Assembly (NCBI RefSeq): GCF_009914755.1
Contig: NC_060947.1
From: the human T2T-CHM13v2.0 reference genome, Homo sapiens
Reading direction: 5' to 3' (one strand)
DNA: 64,000 nt
How positions within the stretch are numbered: the stretch's first letter is position 1; each line of letters starts with the position of its first letter. Under the pieces are notes generated by a model. The model had not been told where the DNA came from. It saw only the letters and a program-made list of their open reading frames with translations, and ran no database searches. Made by a program: the position numbers and the translations under genes. Below are positions 27,105 through 43,170 of the stretch, piece after piece.

Positions 27105-27700
27105 ATTGTGGTGGCATAGACATCACCTAAAATGTACCACGTTCACCATTTTTAAGTGTGCGGCCCAGGGGCAGAAGCACATTCATGGTGCTGTGCAGCC
27201 ATCACCACCATCCAGCCGCAGAACTTGTTCGTCTTCCCAAACTGAAGCTCTGGCCCCGTTCAACCCCAACTCCCCAGCCCCCAGCCCATGGCACCCACCC
27301 TTCCACTGTCCGTCCCCTCAGATTTCACAGCTCTCCTATGAGGCCCTCACAGGAGTGGAATCCTACAGTGTTGGCCTCTCTGTGACTGGCTCCTTCTACT
27401 GAGTCCAACGTCCTCAAGGGTCAGCCATGTTGAAGCCCGTCTCAGAATGGCCTTACTTTGTAAGGCTGAGTCCTATTCTATGGCCTGGATGGGCCACATG
27501 GTGTTTATCCAGCTGCCTATCCATGGACATTGGGTTGCATCCACCTTTTGGCTATTGTGAGTAATGTTGCTATGAACTTGAGTGGACAAATACGTTTGTG
27601 TCCCTGCTTTCAATTCTTTGGGGCCTACCCCAGCAGTGGGGTGGGTGGGTCCTATGGGAATTCTACTGCTTTCCACAGTGGCTGCACCGTCTTCCATTCT
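27105..27700 (-). mobile_element. L1M (L1MB-like) 3' end fragment, antisense
   Basis: ccatttttaagtgt...catcaccaccatcca...atggacattgggttgcatccaccttttggctattgtgagtaatgttgctatgaac. Confidence 0.82.
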
Positions 27701-29639
27701 ATGGCGGTGCTTGTTTGAATGAGAATTCTGGGCCAGCCCTGGAGCCTCTGAAGGCAGGCAAATGTGTGGTCTCGAGCTTGACTAGACACCCAGATCCCCC
27801 AGGGGTTGGGGTGCTTTATAGCGTTCTGGTCCTCCCGCTTCTGAATGGGAAGCTCTGGACCCAAGACTCTGTATTCGTGAAGTTCCCTGAGTGGGGAGGG
27901 GTGCCCACCCAGGTCTGGCATGGGCTGCCGTAGATTAGAGTAGAGCGCTGGGCCACCTAGGGGCCAGGAGTGCTGCAGAAGTGCATCCACCCAAAGGCGC
28001 AGGCTGAATCGGGCAACCTCCTGGGCTCCTGCCACCTCCAGGGTGTTTCTGTGGGTTCCAGAATCCTCCTTGTCTGGACCCTTGTTAACGAGGACTTCCA
28101 ATGCCTGTGTCTTTCTGCGGCACCCGGCGCCGGACAGGCGGTTGCTTTGGCTTTGCACGCAGCTGCCAGTGGGTCCCCAAGGTGGCCCCTCCGGGGCTGC
28201 CCTGCAGGGCAGAGCTTCAGGCAGGTGGGTGCATGCAGGAGTGGGGAGGGGGCGCCATGGTGATGGCTATTGTTTTTGCCCAAAGCTGTTCCAGGCATGA
28301 GAGCCACTTGTCATGTGTACAGATTGTACCAGGAACAGGGGGAGGAAGGAACAGAGCACTGGGGGCCGGTGGGGGGCAGAGGGGGAGCCTGTCCCTTTAA
28401 ATCTGTTTTCTCGGGTTTTATTTCCTTCTCTTTTCCCATCCTCCTCCCTCCACCAGCACAAGTGGAGCCGTGAGGGCCCAGGAGCTGCAGCGACGGTGCC
28501 TCTGAAATATTAATGAGGCTGTTCTCTGCCTCAGCTCCTTCCCTCCCCCTTCCCTGGCTGCATGCAGGCCTTGTCCTTGGAACCCTCCTTTCCCCTCCCA
28601 GGTGGTCGCCAAGGTGCGTCAAGCAGAGGGGAGGGGGCAGGGGCGGGCAGGAAGGAGAGGGCCTGGCGCAAGGGCAGGAAGATGTGGGGAATCAGGGATA
28701 AAAGGGGTCTCCCAGGTGCACACCAGCCACCAGCATCTCGACCTGCCTAGGATCATGCCAGGCCCAGGAGAGGGCAGGGTGGCTGCCAGACTGGGCGCCC
28801 TCCTTCCGTGCCCTCTCCCCACCTGCTCCCCAGCTGGTCTAGGGGCCCACCCCGGGCCTGACCTACGAGGCCTGGGCCACACCTCTCGCTGTTGCCTTGG
28901 CTTGCTTTTCCTCTCTGGGTTCTGCCGGGCCTGGCCTGTGTTCTAGGAGCCTGGAGGTGGAGAGAGATGGGGGACTATTGTTTTAAGGAATCCCCGTAGT
29001 GAGTCACGTCGCTGAGTGATGGGCCCTTCTGAAAGGCGGGCCCTTGCTTGGTGGGTCTGTAGGGAGCAGGTGACGGACAGTCTGCCTTCAGGAGGGCCCA
29101 CGGTGGAGGGCATGTGCCCAGGTAGGCCCCCAGGCGTCCACCTCCTGCCCTCTGCCCCTGAGTTCTGCTTCCTTCTTGCTTCGGGGCCACGGCATCCTGG
29201 GCCTGGCTCTGGCTTCCAGATGGTCTGAATGCCCAGGAGCCGCATGTTCTCATCACTGAGGGTCCAGTGACTAGGGAGTGACTCGGGAGCTGGGACTTCC
29301 TGGCAGTACATGCCCCATCATCCCTGTGGGGATATATGTCCACGCAGACCCCAGAAACTGAAGGGGTGCTCGACTGGGGTGCAGTGGGGCTGTTTTCAGG
29401 AAAGAGAATGGGGTGAATCCCGATGCGTGCATCACCTGAGATCTGGAGGACGGTGGTGGGATCTCGCCCTCCATCTGTTCTCTCCTCCATAAAGGCGGAG
29501 CAGGTGGCCGAGTGGAATGCAGCCTGGGCCTGCTGGGGAGGCTTTCAGGGGTGTCATCAGAGCGTCCCAGCAAGGGCGGCCATGACCCACCTCAAGTCAC
29601 ATGGAAGGCAGGGCTGGGAGAACCAGGGCAAAAGCAGGA

Positions 29640-29770
29640 GGCTTCCTGAGCCTCAGTTTCCCCCTCTGTAAGGCAGGGAGAGTTCTCCTGGCCCTCGTAG
29701 GGTGTTTCCAAGGGTGCAGTGAAAGAAACATGTCTGTCAAGAGCTGGCATGCAGATGTGGGCTCAAAACT
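29640..29770 (+). mobile_element. MIR fragment
   Basis: tgagcctcagtttccccctctgtaaggcaggg core. Confidence 0.55.
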
Positions 29771-32700
29771 CAGTGTGTGCCATGGGGTCCTGAGAGGGGC
29801 CCCATGGGAGCGGGGGTGCCCCCTACTTAGAAAGTGCCGAGCCTTCTGGAGCATGCTGGGCTGCCCAGGGCCTGGAGGAAGTCCATGGGGGACTAAGCTG
29901 GAGGTGCCAGCAGAGCCCCCAAAGCCAGGGAGGGACAACATAGGGGAAAGAGGACCCCTGGGTCTCTGGTCAGGTGGGTTTGAGTCACTGGGTGGGGAGT
30001 AGGCACTCTGAGCCTAGTTGGGAGGTGAGGGTGTCTGGGCCCTGCTGAAGAGAAGAGTCCAGAAGGCGGTTGAGTAATGGGCCTGGACTTGGGCCATCCC
30101 CTCCAGCAGCCCCTGGAGGCAGCAGCCAGGGACCCCCCTGGCTGTCTCCCACCACGAGGCCGGCCAGTCTGTGCAGGGATGGTGCAAATGCCGGAAGGTG
30201 CGAGGCCCCCTCTGTGGAGGTTCTCATTTCAATGAAGCCAATTAAGGTCAGAAAGATGAAAGAGCACAGAAATGGTATGTTCCCTGCCCTTTTGGTGCCT
30301 ACAGACCATTCTCGGCAGCCAGCCCAGGCCGGAAACTCTGTCAGGCCTGCAGAACTGATAGGCCTAGTCACTTCGGTTCTTGGCCATCTCGGCGATGGCT
30401 GCTGTCTTTATTGGGCCTCAGGGAGGCCACCGCCCAGGCTTATATAGAACCCAGAAAAGCAAAGTATATGCCATTTGGTCTGCACAGCAGCCAACAGTCG
30501 CTCTAAATGGGCCTTACTCTAACTGATGGATCCTGTCTGCCCTATAGCCTGTTGCATTCATGAAGACAGTGAGGGTTAGCAGAGCACCCCGACCCCACCC
30601 TGTCCTCCAGGATGGAGACTCCACCTCCCAGGACTCCAAGTTCCTCCCCTGTGGGCCAGGCCCCCATTCACTCATTCCTCCAGGCCCCCGGCCACATGCG
30701 GGACTGACCACGCGGTAGACTTCCTGCCGACTCCATACCACGTGTCTCAAAGAGCTTAGGGCCCAGCTGGTGGGAGACAAGCTCACAGATCATCGCAGCG
30801 CCAAGCAGAGTGAAATAGGAATGGGTCGCGGGATTATAGACTCAGGCGCAATCAGTTTTGGCTGGGGAACTGGCAGAGACTCCTGGAGAATGTTCCACTT
30901 GAATTGTGACTAAGAGGATTCATCGGAGGTCAGCAGGTGGAGCTGGAACAGAGGGCGTGCGGTCGGGGCTCAGAGCTGGCAGGGCTGTGTGGCTGGGGTG
31001 GGAGTGGGGCTGGGAAGTGCTCAGAAGGAATCTGGCCTTTTGCTTGATGGGGATGGGAGACTGAAACAGGGGCTCGCTGGAGTGATGGTGCCTGAACCAG
31101 GAAAGTGGTGACTCACAGCAGGGTCATGACCAGTTGCTGGACTAGAGAGAGACCTAAGAGGTGGTCCACAGGACGTGGAGCTTGCTTGCTGAGGGGTGGG
31201 GATCCTGCAGTGGGGAGGGCCACCAGGGCCAGCCGAGGAGAAGGAAGTTGGCCCCGGGACCATGGCAGAGGGGAGGACTGCCTCCTTGCCCACTGCCCTC
31301 CCCATGAGTCACTGTGGGTCCAGTCAGACACAGCCATGGCTGCACCAGTCAGGAGCAGCTGTACGACCTGGTATGGTTCTGTCTGGGCCACCGCTGTGGG
31401 GTCAGGGGCAGGGACCGGGTGGGGGAGGACAGAGCTGGCCTTGGGTATGCCATGGTCAGAGGAGGGAGGATGAGCACATGCCAGGGGAGGGCCACCAGGC
31501 CTCGGTGACCGTGCCACGAGGAACCCCTGCTCTGAGGAACAAGCATTTCTGTCATGGCCGTGTGCCACCCAAGAGCCTACCACACAAGCCATTCACTCTG
31601 TCACCCGCTGGGGGCACAGAGCCTGAACCTGACAGTGGCACAAAGTTGCTACATGGTGGGATTGTTGAGGCATGAGGTGACTGGAGCTCAGGAAGGCAGG
31701 GAGAAGGCGCCCTGGCAGGTGCACCGTCACAAGCAAAGGTCCTGGGGTGGGGAGGGGAGGCTGTCTCGAGAAGACGAGGAGTCCAGGTGAGAGCCGAAAG
31801 CTGCCATTGCTGCCTTGAGGGGTCAGAAGTGGGACACCCAGCTGTCCTCTGGCTCTGCCACTTCCCCAAGCCAGCCTCAGTTTCCCGCATCAGAAAAGCA
31901 AGGGCAATTCGTCCACACAGCACCCCCAGAAGGAGCCCGCCTCACCTGGGACAGCTTCGCTTGCTGTCCTGGCCCCCTCTCCTCAGCTTTCACTCCTTCT
32001 AGTCTTTTCCCCCCAATGCCTGTCCCCAGACGCCTTGCCTCACCTTTGCCCCAGCTGCAACCCCACAGCTCTTGGCCCTCGGGCCTGCTGTTCTCCCTGT
32101 CCCAGCTAGAGAGGGACGGGGTTAGTTGAAACTTGTTGAGCACCTGTCCCAGCACATCAAGCCAGTGCCAGGCATGTAGTAGCTGCTCGGTGAATATGTG
32201 TCAGGTGACCAACTGCAAGACAGGGCGGGGAGAGGTGGGGAGAGAGGATGGCACAGGCACATGGCCATCATTTTGTCCCCACATCTCCCAGAAGTGAAGG
32301 CTGCTTCATGTGCAATGTGTCGCGAGAGTAAACGCGCAGGTGCCCACGCTTTTCAAACATGGGTCACTGTGGATGGATGTTTCGTGAAGTATCCACCAGG
32401 GCCTCTCCTGAGAATAAGGCCATGGACTTGGCCGTGTCTGCTTTGGCTGCCTGAGGGCTTTCTCCCCTTTCTTCAGGGCTCTGGGCCACTCGTTTCCAAC
32501 GGATGCTTCTGAGCCAGGAGCTTCCCCAGAGACGGGGGGTCAGGGCCCTGCTGAGCTGCCAGGAGGGCTCTTGGCTGATGTCAAGGCCAGGCCATGTGCA
32601 CTGAGGCCATTTCAGTTCCATGAGGATGTGACAGGCTTAGCTCGGGCCGGGAAGGAGCGGAGAGAGAGGAGCTGCAGTGGGCCCCGCCAAACACTGTGAT

Positions 32701-33783
32701 GGCTGCAGAAGGGGCAGCCTGGGCCCTAGCGGATCCTTGGGTAAGGTGACGGGGACAGGGAGAGGGATGACAACTTTGCGATGCTCGGCAGAGTGGGGCC
32801 AGGGCCGTGGCCTGGATGCTTTCAGTGTGGGGAGACTTTGGCTCCTTACTTTGTCATCTGGAGGGAAGAAGAGCGTGGAGGGGAGTGGGTGGCACCATGC
32901 TGTGGGCTGGGACGTTGGCAGACTCGCCAGCGACCTGTGGCTGCTTTGGCTTTCTCCTGTGTACCCTCTCCTCCTCTCCTCCTCAGCCACTCCCTTTATC
33001 CCCTCCCTCTTCTCCCTCCCTCCATCCCCCTTTCCCTCCCTCTCTTTGCCTTTCCGTCTTGTCCCTCTCTCCCCTCCCCTGTTTCCCACCCTTCCTCTGG
33101 GCCTCCTCCTTTCCTCGCCCCTGGCCCCCCAGGTACTCTCAGGGCCACAGAAACCGTGAGCCACTAAGGCCACACCAGAAGACCACCAGGGACTCATGGC
33201 ATGCCCGCTGCACAGGGCGCATCTTAACCAGGCAAGAGCAGGGAGTGAACCGGAGTGAACAAGCGCAGGACTGGTGGTGGGGCGCGGGCAAGACCAGCCA
33301 CTGATCAGTCCCAGCACGCTGCCCTCACTTCAGCGTGGGTTCCCGAATGGATCTGGGGGGCAGTGACAGCCTCTGCCTCCAGCTAGCTAGTGTTAGCCAC
33401 TGCAGGGTCCTGGCAGGAGGCATCGACACTTCCCCTCCCCCACCTGGGCAAGCCCTCCAGGTTCTGGGCACCCATGGTGGGCAGGACCCGGGAGTGGCCT
33501 GGCTGGTGGGGCCTGGCAGAGCATGAGGGCCACTGGCCCAGCCTGGGAGGTGATTTCTGCACTTCGAGGGTCATGGCACAGACTGAGTGAAGATTTGCCG
33601 AGAATATTCTGGAAGATGGGACCTCAGTTTTGTCTCAACCACTCCCCTGGCTTCTTCTCGCCTCCATCTCCCCAGGTGTCCACGCTTAGCAGCTTTCTCA
33701 CCGCCGCCAAACCTTGCCTGGGCACTGGGACCGTGGGTGGCCGCCTGTCCCTAGCTGTGGCTGAGCCAAGATTGCACTTGTGA

Positions 33784-34161
<378 letters not shown>

Positions 34162-37100
34162 TAACCTGACCTGACCCCCTCATCTCCACACCTCCACAAT
34201 CAGGAGTTCTCCGCTCTATAGAGCGAGACTGGGGAGGGGGAGATGGGAACTTCATGGGACACACACACAGGCGGAATGGGCCCCAAACAGAAACCCTTCC
34301 GAGGAACAGGGCAGGGCAGGGCAGGGAGGAGGAAGACAGCCCCATCTGTATATTTGGGGATTTCCGGTGTGCTCAACCCTGTGTTCACTTAAGGGGGATC
34401 AGAACAGGAGGAAGGGATGCAGGGTGCAAGCCTTCGGAGTTTCGGGTGACCGGGGCCTCTCCTGGGAAGAGAGAGGATGGCCTGGGGATGGCACAAGCCA
34501 TTTGGGTCTGGCAGGAAGGGGTGACCGAAGCTGGGTCACGGGAGGCCCAGAGTGCTGATCAGAGGTGGCACTGACTGGCCACAGGCTGTCCCAAAGAGGC
34601 ACAAGCCCAGGGTAGTGTCGGTCTCACTGCTGAGGGAGGCTCTAGAAAGCCCGGTGAGCACTGTCTAGAAAGATCTGGGGCGGAGGCCTGACTATCCCTG
34701 TGGGAGGCAATGTTCCACCCGGCCTTGTGAGGCCTGCCCAGCCCTGGTTGCTGCGGTCTGCCATGAAGCGGGGACCCCCAGGAGCCAGGCCCAGCCCCAG
34801 ATTCCAGGAGCCACAGCATTCTCTGGCGCTGCGTGCCTGGCAGGGCTGCTGGGGCTATCCCAGCCTAGTGCCAGGCCTGTTCCCCAGCCAGTGCGGGCTG
34901 ATTTGATCTGCTGCCCATCTGGGCAACGCCTGGGCCCACCCATCTCCTCTGCTCCCAGCCGTGAGGCTCCTTGGCACCTCCAGCCTCCCGCTCTGCCCTC
35001 ACCCTCAACCCAGAGACTGTTCTCTTGTGGCTCCGGCCTCGGCCCCGTCTGTCTGCAGGTGGCACTCAGGCTGCAGGGAGGAGTGAAGATGGAGGAGGGG
35101 GGCTGCGGGCCAGGTCAGGAACTCCAGGGTCTGCCTGGGTCTCCCTAGCTTTGTGCCCTGGAGCTGATGCGCCCGTGACACCCGGCCTCGCCGCCGCACA
35201 CGCCCTCACGGTGCAGCTGCTGCTGGGGCTGATGCCTTGGCTCTGCTCCCGAGCATCTCTTGCCTTCCCTCCTCCTTGCCCAGCCCCCGAGGAGGCTGTG
35301 GAGGGCCATTTATCCACAAGAGCTCTGGCCTCTCCCAGATCAAAGGAAGCAGATGGGCCTCAGCTGTCTGCTCTTCCCCTGTCTGCCAGGCCTTGTTAAA
35401 TATTTAAAATGTCAAGGCCCCTGGGAACCTGCCCGATTCTGCCATGGAGCTCAGGAGCTCTTGCGTGCCTGTGGAGGCAGGGGCACGGAGAAGGGCAGGT
35501 GCACAGGTGGGTGGCTTGGCCTCTGACGGGCTTCCAAGCACCTGGGTCCCCAAGGCCACAGTGCAGGGAGCCGGCCAGGCCTGGATCTGCTGCCCACAGA
35601 ATGAGCAGCAGAGGACCGGCCCCTCCCCTCTTCAACCCTCAAGGTCCTCGGGCTGGAGCTGTCGGGCTTGAGCTGTCTGGGTGCCAGGAGCGGGTGACTC
35701 GCTCCCCGCATCCCCTAGCCCGGCCGTGCACCCGGACCCTGGTGCTCAGACCTGCCTGCCCCTCAGTCCTCCTCAGACACAAGGGCCTGAGCCACGGGGG
35801 CAGCTGGCTTTGTTGTGCCCCAAGCCCCATGCCAATCCCCTGACAAGGTGGGCAGACGTGGGGCTGCCCAGGAGGCAGGCACTCCCCCGTGGGGCAGGTG
35901 CTTTATGGCGCATAGTGCATTGCGGGAAGGGGACTTTATCTTCTGGCGGTACACTCATCAATCCACTGCCCTCCCTGTCTTGGGAGCACTCCAAGAGGAT
36001 TCCAGAACCCATCCTGGAAACCGCGCTGCTGTTGTCAGGAAACCTGGGTCTCAGGCTGAACTCAGAGGTGGGTTCGCCCGGGAACCTGGCCCCGCCCAGT
36101 GCCCCTCTGGGCTCCACAGGCAGTTCTGGAAAGGAGGGGGCGGATTCGCTGGGAGCCGACACGAGATGCTCCTAATCCAATTCTGATGGCATCTGGCCTC
36201 TGCTCCGGGCAGGCCGCCCATCTGTGTCCATGCCAACCGGCCAGCCCCTGCCCCCATGCCCTGGACCTGGACTGCCCTCGGGCCTGCTGGGGAAGCATGT
36301 GCTCAGAGCCAGAGGGGCCGCAGCTGTGTTCCTCCTCCCCGTCAATGGGTGCTGCAGTGGGGCAGCCGTCGGGACCCCGAGCCCACAGGAAGGCTAAGGA
36401 GAAACGAGCAAGGCTACAGCTGCAAGGGCAGGTCAAGGCCAAGGGAGAGGCTGGCGAGGGCGAGGGAGCTCCTGGGGAATGGGCCAGGGGTCCCGGCTGC
36501 TCTCAGGGACAAACTGGGCATGTGAGGAGGGGCAGGCAGGAGAGAGACTCGCATGGAGGCTCCAGGCTAAGGGCAGTGGAGACCCCAGGTGTCTGGGGAG
36601 CCCTCCCCTGCTCCTCTCCCTCCGCAGAAGCCCCACGGTTAGCACGTGCTTCTTCTTAAGTCACTTGGGGGGTCTTGTACTCCCTAGTACTGTCCCCACC
36701 TGGCTTAGCTCCTGTAATTCCAGGAGACAGTCCCAGTCCAGAGCGAGGTGCACACCCCTCAGTTGGGTCCCTGGTCCCCAGCCCCCTCCCCACCACCCAG
36801 GAGCTGAGGTCGTGCGTTAACCCCAGGCTCCCGATTGGGGCAGGCTCGGGCCTCAGCAAGAGGCCTTTGGCTCCTGAAGAAACCTGAGCCAGGGGCAGAG
36901 AGGCACGGACAGCTGCGGCTCTTCTGGGTGGGGAGGACGCCATGTGGCCGTCGCCTAGCTGGGGTGAATGAGCCACGGTTGTGCGGGCGGCAGCTTCTGT
37001 TCCACTGCGGCCAGGGCTACCCCTGCCCCTCCTCAGAAGCCCCAAGGTTAGCATGCGCCTGTTCTCCAGTCATCTGGAGGGTCTTGTGTGCCTTCCCAGA

Positions 37101-38764
37101 CCCACTGTGAGTGCCCCATGGGCTGGGGCTGGGCTCTCTGGTCATCCCGTCCCTGCAGCAGATGGCAGGCGTGAGCCTAGCTGCCCAGGGCTGGGAGCTG
37201 CAAGCTGCTGTCTGTCCACCAGGTGTCAGTGTGGGTCTGGTCACGGCCGCGACAGCACTGGGCGCCGGGTGAGCGCCCGGGAGGGCTCCTCGGGATCAGC
37301 CGGGGCTGAGAATCCTGGGGCCAAGGGTGGGGCCAGAGGAGGGTGTCATCCCACATGCCTGCCCCGGTAGAAGGTGGCTGAGTGGGTGTCCAGGCCCGGA
37401 TGCCAGTCACGCACGTAAGCTTCCAGTACCTTCAGGCCAAGGAAGACTGAGAAGTGAGCGTCCTCAAGGATGACAAGTGACAGAATTGGATAGGGACAGG
37501 TGGCTCTGATTGTGAAGGCAAAGCCAATTTGGGGGCTTCTGAGTGGCTTTGGGTGTCATTCAAGTCGCCATGTAGACAAGCTGTGAGCCCTGGCTGAGGG
37601 ATCAAAGTTGGTGCTGGAGTTGCATTAGAACCAAGGCTGCTGGGTCCTGAGGGCCCTGTGCTCACCGGGTCCTGTCGGGCAGCGTAGGTTCTGTCCTGAC
37701 CTGGGCCACAGGCCAGAGCTCTGACTCATGGTTACAGGGCCCTCTCCACCTCCGGCCTCAGTGGCCTTGTCTGCACCCTGCAGAGAGCAGCTGATGAGCA
37801 GCCCAGGGTGGGCAGTGTCTCCCCGACCCCTGCGAGGCCATGCAGCCCAGAAAAGGCTTGAAGACTTCCCAGTCCCCTCCCTCAGCACCGTGACTCCGGT
37901 TTGGCTTCTCCCCGCCTGTTCCCCACCAGGAACCCACTCCCATTCCCGTGCCTCTCTCTCTCCTCGCGTGACACCGTTCTTCTTCTTTGGGTCTCTGGAC
38001 CCAAGAACTTGCATCTCCCATTAGCTCTCATGCTCCCTCCCCACTGCTTCTTCCCCGAGAAACTTCTGGAAAGTAAGCCTCCGCTCCCTGTTGCCAGCAG
38101 CCACAGGCACCCTGGAGACTGCTGATTCCTCGGCACTGGCCGTGCTCATGCCCCAATCCCTCGGGCCCTGCCCACCCTCTTTGCAGGCTGTCCCTGCCCC
38201 CACAGGTTGGGCTGTGTGACACTGCCAGTCTTTGGGACCGGCTGGCCCCATCTTACAGAGCTGGGGAGGGGGGTGTTGGTGACAAGCCTGCTCAGGGAAT
38301 TCATAGGCTGGGAGCTAGAGAGGTGTTTCCTGACAGGCACAGAGCCCTGGCCTAGTCTTTGGCATCTGGTGCCATCCCAGCCTCCCCTGATTGGTGGCCC
38401 TCCCCATGTCTCCACTAAAGTCCCCTGGACACTCGCTCTCCTCCCCAGGGGACCATTGGCTATACTCTTCTGTCCTGTCTCCTAGCAACCCTTGTTGACC
38501 TGGACATACCCTGCTGGGTCCCCTCTGTGCCCCCTTGTTGGGTCCTGTCCCCTGCCTTCCAGTGCCCCCTCAGCGGTAGTGTGGAGGTGGCCAGGAAAGC
38601 ACAGGGACCTGGGACCCGCTGGAGTCCAGGAGCCTCCTGGCCTGTTTTGTCATCTGTGTGTCAGGAGGAGGATGGCTAGGGACTCCCCATGACAGCAGCC
38701 AGAGAGCCGCATGCTCACTCCCACGTGCACACCCCCAGCAGTCTGCAGAAAGGCTCCTGTCTAG

Positions 38765-40321
<1,557 letters not shown>

Positions 40322-40534
40322 TAGTGTTCCCTTTCCAGAAGGTTTCAGCATAGTCCGGTGTTTATCCCAGTTGGAAACGTAGTGTGAAACGGGACAGGAA
40401 GGCTGGAGGCCCTAGGTGGGCCCTGTGGGCCTCGGGGTCTCCTCCAAGCCAGGGAGGAGGCTTCAGCCTAGTTTTAAGGTGGACACCGCGTCCCTGCTTC
40501 CGGGAGACCCTGGGAGACAGGTTGTGGGCGCTGA

Positions 40535-40879
<345 letters not shown>

Positions 40880-41206
40880 TGAGGATATCCCCCCTGAGAG
40901 CCGGCAGGCCAAGGGCCCCTCCAGTGCCGTGGACGGGGAGTTTCCCTGAGACCACCATCCCCAAAGGCTCCGGGATCCCATACCTACCTGGACAGGAATG
41001 GCGTTAGAGGGACAGGAGCTACGGGGAGCCTCATGCTTACCCTCAGGGCCCGTGCCCAGTAAGGTGCCGAGGATCCCAGGCCAGCGTGGGAGGCAGCCAG
41101 GGAGGTGGGGGTCAGAGGTCAGAGGAGGCTGGGACAGGTGAGGGCCGGGCAGCCCACCTGTGGGTGGTGGCCCTGCCCTGGGGCTTACAAAGCTAGGCAA
41201 GCCCGA

Positions 41207-41319
41207 GCCAGGAGGGCCCATTCCTCGTCCTGTGGCTGGAGCTGCCACCATCAGGCCCTGCAGCGGGCGGAGTCCTCAGACCTTCTAACCTGAGTACTAT
41301 TCAGGGAGGCCCTGATGGA
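41207..41319 (-). repeat. Inverted repeat arm 2 (pairs with 40097-40209)
   Basis: Reverse complement aligned by hand to arm 1. Confidence 0.9.
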
Positions 41320-42937
41320 CAAGATCGAATGGCTGCCACAGCCCCTTCTGGCTGGGCAGCCTTGCTCTGGCCTGGACTTGCCTTCTGGCCTCTCCTGCAG
41401 CCAAAACATGGTAGGGAGCCACACCCGCATGGGAAAGCTCTGCTTCCTGCCAGTGACCTCCAGCCAGGGCCCTGGGGCCAGTGCGCGGGGTGTGGGGGCG
41501 TGGGGGCGTGGGGCGGGCAGTCAGGGCCCGGGGAAAAGGTCAGCCCTGAGCCCAAAGCTCCCTGGAGGCAGCAAAGGAGTAGCTGGATGACCCTCTGTGG
41601 CCTAGAAGCTTCGACGAGCCCTGCCTCCTGGCAGCCTGGGCCTGTGTCTCCCTGCACCGGCTCTTCTTTGTGGCACCAAGTCCTGTAGGGCTCAGTGCAG
41701 TGTCTCACCCCAGTGAGTGCCCTGGGGGTGCGCAGGCAGATGGGCAGCCCTGGGCCTCGTCTGGGCTGGGCTGGAGTCCCTAGGCCTCTGTCCTGGGAAG
41801 CCCAGCTGCCCCTGCCTGGGCTGCCTCCTCATGTCTTGCACACAATGGCCCTCTCCCATCGTCCACGGGAACCCACGCTCCTCTGGAGTCTCCAGCCGCC
41901 CTTCTCAGGCTGCTCACCTTCTCTGTACCTTAAATGAGTGTGTCCTTCCTAACTGTTCCAGGCCTCTCCTTTCTTTTTTAAATTGACAAGACCATTCAGC
42001 CCCTCCCAGGCCCCACCTGGCCCTCCTCTCCAGCACCCTCAGGCTGTCCTACTTAGGAGTCAGAGCTAGAGGGCTTCCTGGAGGAAGAGAACCCTGAGGG
42101 GGCCCTGGAGGGAGAGCAGCAGCTGGCCAGCTGGGTAGAGGGTACCAGCAAGACCAGGGGGCTCCCTGCTCGCCCTCCCCGTCTCTCCCGCCCCATCCCC
42201 ATTGTTTGGCGCAGCCTGCCAGGTACACGCTTAGGATACTTGCCTTCTACCTGCACCCAACCCCCTATTTCTTGTCTCTTGACCTTGACTCCTATGCACC
42301 TTTCTCCAAGTGTGCTTCTCCTCCTCACCTTCCCCCCACTCCTGTCTCTTCTGGCGGGGCCCAGCCCTCCTCTTCCAGCAATGCTCATCCCAGACTTCCC
42401 CCTGCCTCCCTCCTCCAGAGGCCTCCCAGGGCCTGTGTGCAGGCTGGGTCCAGAGTCCATGCTTCCTTCGGGCCCCCACGGCCCCAAGGCTCTGCCATCT
42501 CCCCTGCTGTGCTGTGCGGTCATCGCACTGCCATCTTGTGTCCGTGGGGGTCTCCCCTCCCTGCAAGAAGGGCCCTCTGTGCCCACAGGAACCCTGGGCG
42601 GAGAGGGCCTGATCAATGCCCCACCCCTGGCTGAGTAGGGTCGGGGGGGGGCCCTCCCTGCTCCCTGGGGACCCCGGATCCCAACCCCAACTGCCTGGGA
42701 GTGCAGATGTGGCCCCCAGGAAGCTCCTCTAACTGCAGCTCTCAGAAGGGGTGACTGTGCCCACCACCTGAGCCCCTGGATAGGGCCACTTGGGGCCCAG
42801 CCTGGCCTTGCAGGGCTGCTGTGTGCCGGGGCTCAGGCTGGCACTCCTGTGCTGCAGCCCTGGGTTGACCAATGACCTGAAAGCGCCCCGCAGAGTCCTA
42901 GCGTCTCATTCCTTTGTCCCTTTAAAACACACACTGG

Positions 42938-43170
42938 GGCCAGGCACAGTGGCTCATGCCTGTAATCCCAACACTTTGAGAGGTCAAGGCAGGTGAATCA
43001 CTTGAGGTCAGGAGTTGGAGACCAGCCTGGCCAACATGGCGAAACCCCGTCTCTATTAAAAGTACAAAAATTAACTGGGCGTGGTGGTGTACACCTGTAG
43101 TCCCAGCTACTTGGGAGGCTGAGGCAGGAGGATCGCTTAAACCTGGGAGGTGGAGGTTGCAGTGCTCAAA
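42938..43170 (+). mobile_element. Alu (AluS-like), sense, with deletion near its 3' end
   Basis: ggccaggcacagtggctcatgcctgtaatcccaacacttt...ggaggttgcagtg|ctcaaa. Confidence 0.92.
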
